NCBI RefSeq assembly: GCF_002087085.1
Contig: NZ_MWQY01000019.1
Coordinates: 1 to 64,000, forward strand
Length of the DNA: 64,000 nucleotides
Reading direction: 5' to 3'
In this document: piece after piece, positions 61,656 through 64,000 of the stretch
Numbering within the stretch: the stretch's first letter is position 1
How the letters are laid out: each line of letters begins with the position of its first letter
Program-made: the position numbers and the translations under genes
The notes under the pieces: model-generated
Told to the model about the DNA's origin: nothing
The model's input: the letters and a program-made list of their open reading frames with translations, nothing else
The model's database searches: none

Positions 61656-63407
61656 TCAGTCCGGAATCCAGGATTCAAGCTCCTTTCGGATCTCCTCAAG
61701 CTGCGCGGCGACATCCTCTTCTGCTTCTTCCAGCGGAACCCCCGCAGCGGAGCGGCAGGAGGCATAAAACTTTATCTTCGGCTCGGTTCCCGATGGTCTG
61801 GCGGTTACAACTGCCCCGGTCTCCAGGAAGAACTGCAGAACATTTGAAGAAGGCAGATCGATGTTGTCGTCGCTGTCCCCTTCCTCCATGTAGTAGCTTG
61901 TTCCGTAGAGATAATCCTTGATCATGGTGACTTTGCGGGATCCGATTCTCTCCGGGGGCTCTTTTCTGAGCCGCTCCATCAGGTCACCCATTATCGTCAG
62001 TCCCTTCTGCCCCTTGAAATAGGCGGAGATGAGGCTCTCCCGGAAAAGACCGAAACGGCTGTAGATATCCTTCAGATGGTCCAGTACCGAGCGTCCCAGG
62101 GAGCGATTATAGAGGGCCATTTCCGCTGTTAAAAAGGCCGCCGATATGGCATCCTTGTCCCGGACTTCGGTTTCTATCAGGTATCCGTAGCTCTCTTCTC
62201 CACCGAAGATGTAATCCTCGTCGGTAAACTCGAATTTCTTTATCAGATCGGCGATGTACTTGAACCCGGTAAGCACGTCATAGGTCCCGGCTCCGTAGCT
62301 TTCCGCTATAAGGCGCTGAAGTTCCGTGGTGACAATGGTCTTGACCACCCGGGGCCGGGGGGGCATGGTCCCCGCTTCTTTATGGGAAAGAAGTATATAA
62401 TCCTCCAGCAGACAGCCGAGCTGGTTTCCGTTTACAAGGACATACTCGCCCTGCTCGTCGGGGACGGCTATTCCCAGCCTGTCTGAATCGGGATCGGTTC
62501 CCATTACCAGGTCGGCCTTCTCCTTTTTCGCAAGAGCCAGGGCCATCTTCATGGCAGAGGCCTCCTCGGGGTTGGGAAACTCCACGGTGGGGAAGTTTCC
62601 GTCCGGCTCCCTCTGCTCAGGTACGCTTATCACCTGTATACCGGCCTCTGAAAAAATCCTCTCCACCATCATGGTTCCTGTACCGTGGAGGGGCGTATAC
62701 ACGACCTTGAGTTCCCGTCCCCGCTCCTTTACCAGATCCGGCCGGAAGCTGTAGGACTTTATAAGCTCCACAAAGGCGTCGTCGATTTCCCTGTCTATCG
62801 TTACCAGAAGACCGGCGTCCTCTGCCTGCTTCAATTCCATATCCGGAACGTCCCCTTCCACGGAACGCACCTCTTCGATAATACCCTTGTCATGGGGTTC
62901 TATGATCTGCCCGCCGTCGTCCCAGTAGACCTTATATCCGTTGTATTCCTTCGGGTTGTGGGAGGCTGTAATGACAATGCCCGAAGTACATCCCAGTTTC
63001 CGAACGGCGAAGGAGAGTTCCGGAGTCGGCCGAAGGGAACTGAACAGATAGGTCTTTATGCCGTTGGCGCAGAGGGTCCTGGCGGCTGTTTCGGCAAAAT
63101 CCCTGCTGAACCTGCGGGAATCGTAGGCGATGGCCGCCGAGGGATTTTCCGAACCGGAGTTCTCCCGTATATAGTATGCAAGTCCCTGGGTTGCCCTGCG
63201 GACCATGAGAGGGTTCATGCGGTTGTAGCCGCCGCCGATTACCCCCCTCAGGCCGCCGGTACCGAAGGCGAGCTGAGTATAAAAGCGATCGGAGAGCTCA
63301 TCCCAGTTTTCCGCCGCCAGAAGATTCTCCATCTCCTGCCGGAAATAGTCGTGTTTTTCCTGCTGTATATATTCCTTTGCCCTGGAGATCAGTTCATTTC
63401 TATCCAT
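61656..63407 (-). CDS. pgm: Phosphoglucomutase/phosphomannomutase
   Basis: FGTGGLRG, ITASHNP, DPDSDR, GEESYG, RPSGTEPKIK. Confidence 0.92.
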   Translation of the reverse strand: MDRNELISRAKEYIQQEKHDYFRQEMENLLAAENWDELSDRFYTQLAFGTGGLRGVIGGGYNRMNPLMVRRATQGLAYYIRENSGSENPSAAIAYDSRRFSRDFAETAARTLCANGIKTYLFSSLRPTPELSFAVRKLGCTSGIVITASHNPKEYNGYKVYWDDGGQIIEPHDKGIIEEVRSVEGDVPDMELKQAEDAGLLVTIDREIDDAFVELIKSYSFRPDLVKERGRELKVVYTPLHGTGTMMVERIFSEAGIQVISVPEQREPDGNFPTVEFPNPEEASAMKMALALAKKEKADLVMGTDPDSDRLGIAVPDEQGEYVLVNGNQLGCLLEDYILLSHKEAGTMPPRPRVVKTIVTTELQRLIAESYGAGTYDVLTGFKYIADLIKKFEFTDEDYIFGGEESYGYLIETEVRDKDAISAAFLTAEMALYNRSLGRSVLDHLKDIYSRFGLFRESLISAYFKGQKGLTIMGDLMERLRKEPPERIGSRKVTMIKDYLYGTSYYMEEGDSDDNIDLPSSNVLQFFLETGAVVTARPSGTEPKIKFYASCRSAAGVPLEEAEEDVAAQLEEIRKELESWIPD

Positions 63408-63521
63408 TTTTTCTTCTCCTTACTGAATTCGTAGCACGAAAGAGGATGGAGCGCAACAAGAACCGTTATCAAACAAAAAAAGATCCTTGCCAAGGGAGGG
63501 CTTCTCTCCTATGCTGAAAAC

Positions 63522-64000
63522 GTGGTTTCATTAGTACCTGTAGCAAGCGGAAAAGGAGGGGTCGGGAAATCCCTGATCACCGCCAATCTCGGTTTGAGCC
63601 TCGCCCGGAAAGGAAAAACCGTTATCATGGTTGATCTGGACCTGGGGGGATCGAACCTTCACTCTTTTATCGGCGTTAAAAACAAGCACACCGGCATAGG
63701 CGGATACATCTACAAACAGGCGGAGAACCTGGAGGAGTGTATTCTTCCAACGGAGTATCCCAAACTCTTCCTGATTCCCGGAGACTCCCTTCTTCCGGGC
63801 ACAGCCAACCTTCCCTTCTTTACCAAGCAGAAGATCATCAGGGAACTGCAGAACTCGGTAGCGGATATCGTTCTTCTGGATCTGGGTGCCGGGAGTTCCT
63901 ACAACACGGTGGATTTTTTCCTTTCCGCCTGGTCCGGACTGATCGTCACCACCGGAGAACCGACATCCATTCTGAATGCCTACTCCTTTCTGAAAACAGC
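63522..64000 (+). CDS. MinD/FlhG-like P-loop NTPase (partial, runs off the window; absent from the ORF track)
   Basis: Manual translation from GTG 63522: VSLVPVASGKGGVGKSLITANLG...VDLDLGGSNL...LDLGAG; deviant Walker A. Confidence 0.85.
   Translation, partial: MVSLVPVASGKGGVGKSLITANLGLSLARKGKTVIMVDLDLGGSNLHSFIGVKNKHTGIGGYIYKQAENLEECILPTEYPKLFLIPGDSLLPGTANLPFFTKQKIIRELQNSVADIVLLDLGAGSSYNTVDFFLSAWSGLIVTTGEPTSILNAYSFLKT

Overview
Bacterial chromosomal window, most likely from a free-living Spirochaetaceae-type anaerobe. This is inferred from gene order (double-cNMP regulator / ECF sigma / cysS / murB) and protein style, not verified. From left to right it contains: a housekeeping block (pcm-like, Crp-like, IPT/transglutaminase, anti-sigma, ECF sigma, cysS, murB, mgtE, two ackA paralogues); a TetR-controlled MMPL / LolA-like / outer-membrane operon with three visible operators; a TPP-riboswitch thiamine salvage operon; a visibly AT-richer accessory stretch (about 26-45.7 kb); an arsenic-resistance cluster; signalling genes; a beta-barrel/transglutaminase/TPR plus Ig-lipoprotein pair; a phosphosugar mutase; and a partial MinD/FlhG-like ATPase. 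The accessory stretch holds an AraC/ABC sugar cluster, whose binding protein is split by one in-frame TGA, and a complete type I-C CRISPR-Cas system (cas3-cas5-cas8c-cas7-cas4-cas1-cas2; 53 repeats, 52 spacers). The best novelty candidates sit around the cas locus: a degenerate repeat / pseudo-spacer / hairpin unit with an ATG-AGG-AGA mini-ORF between cas7 and cas4, a truncated HTH regulator with a 12-bp inverted repeat upstream of cas3, and an apparent excess of self-complementary spacers. All product calls come from motif recognition by eye; no database searches were run.
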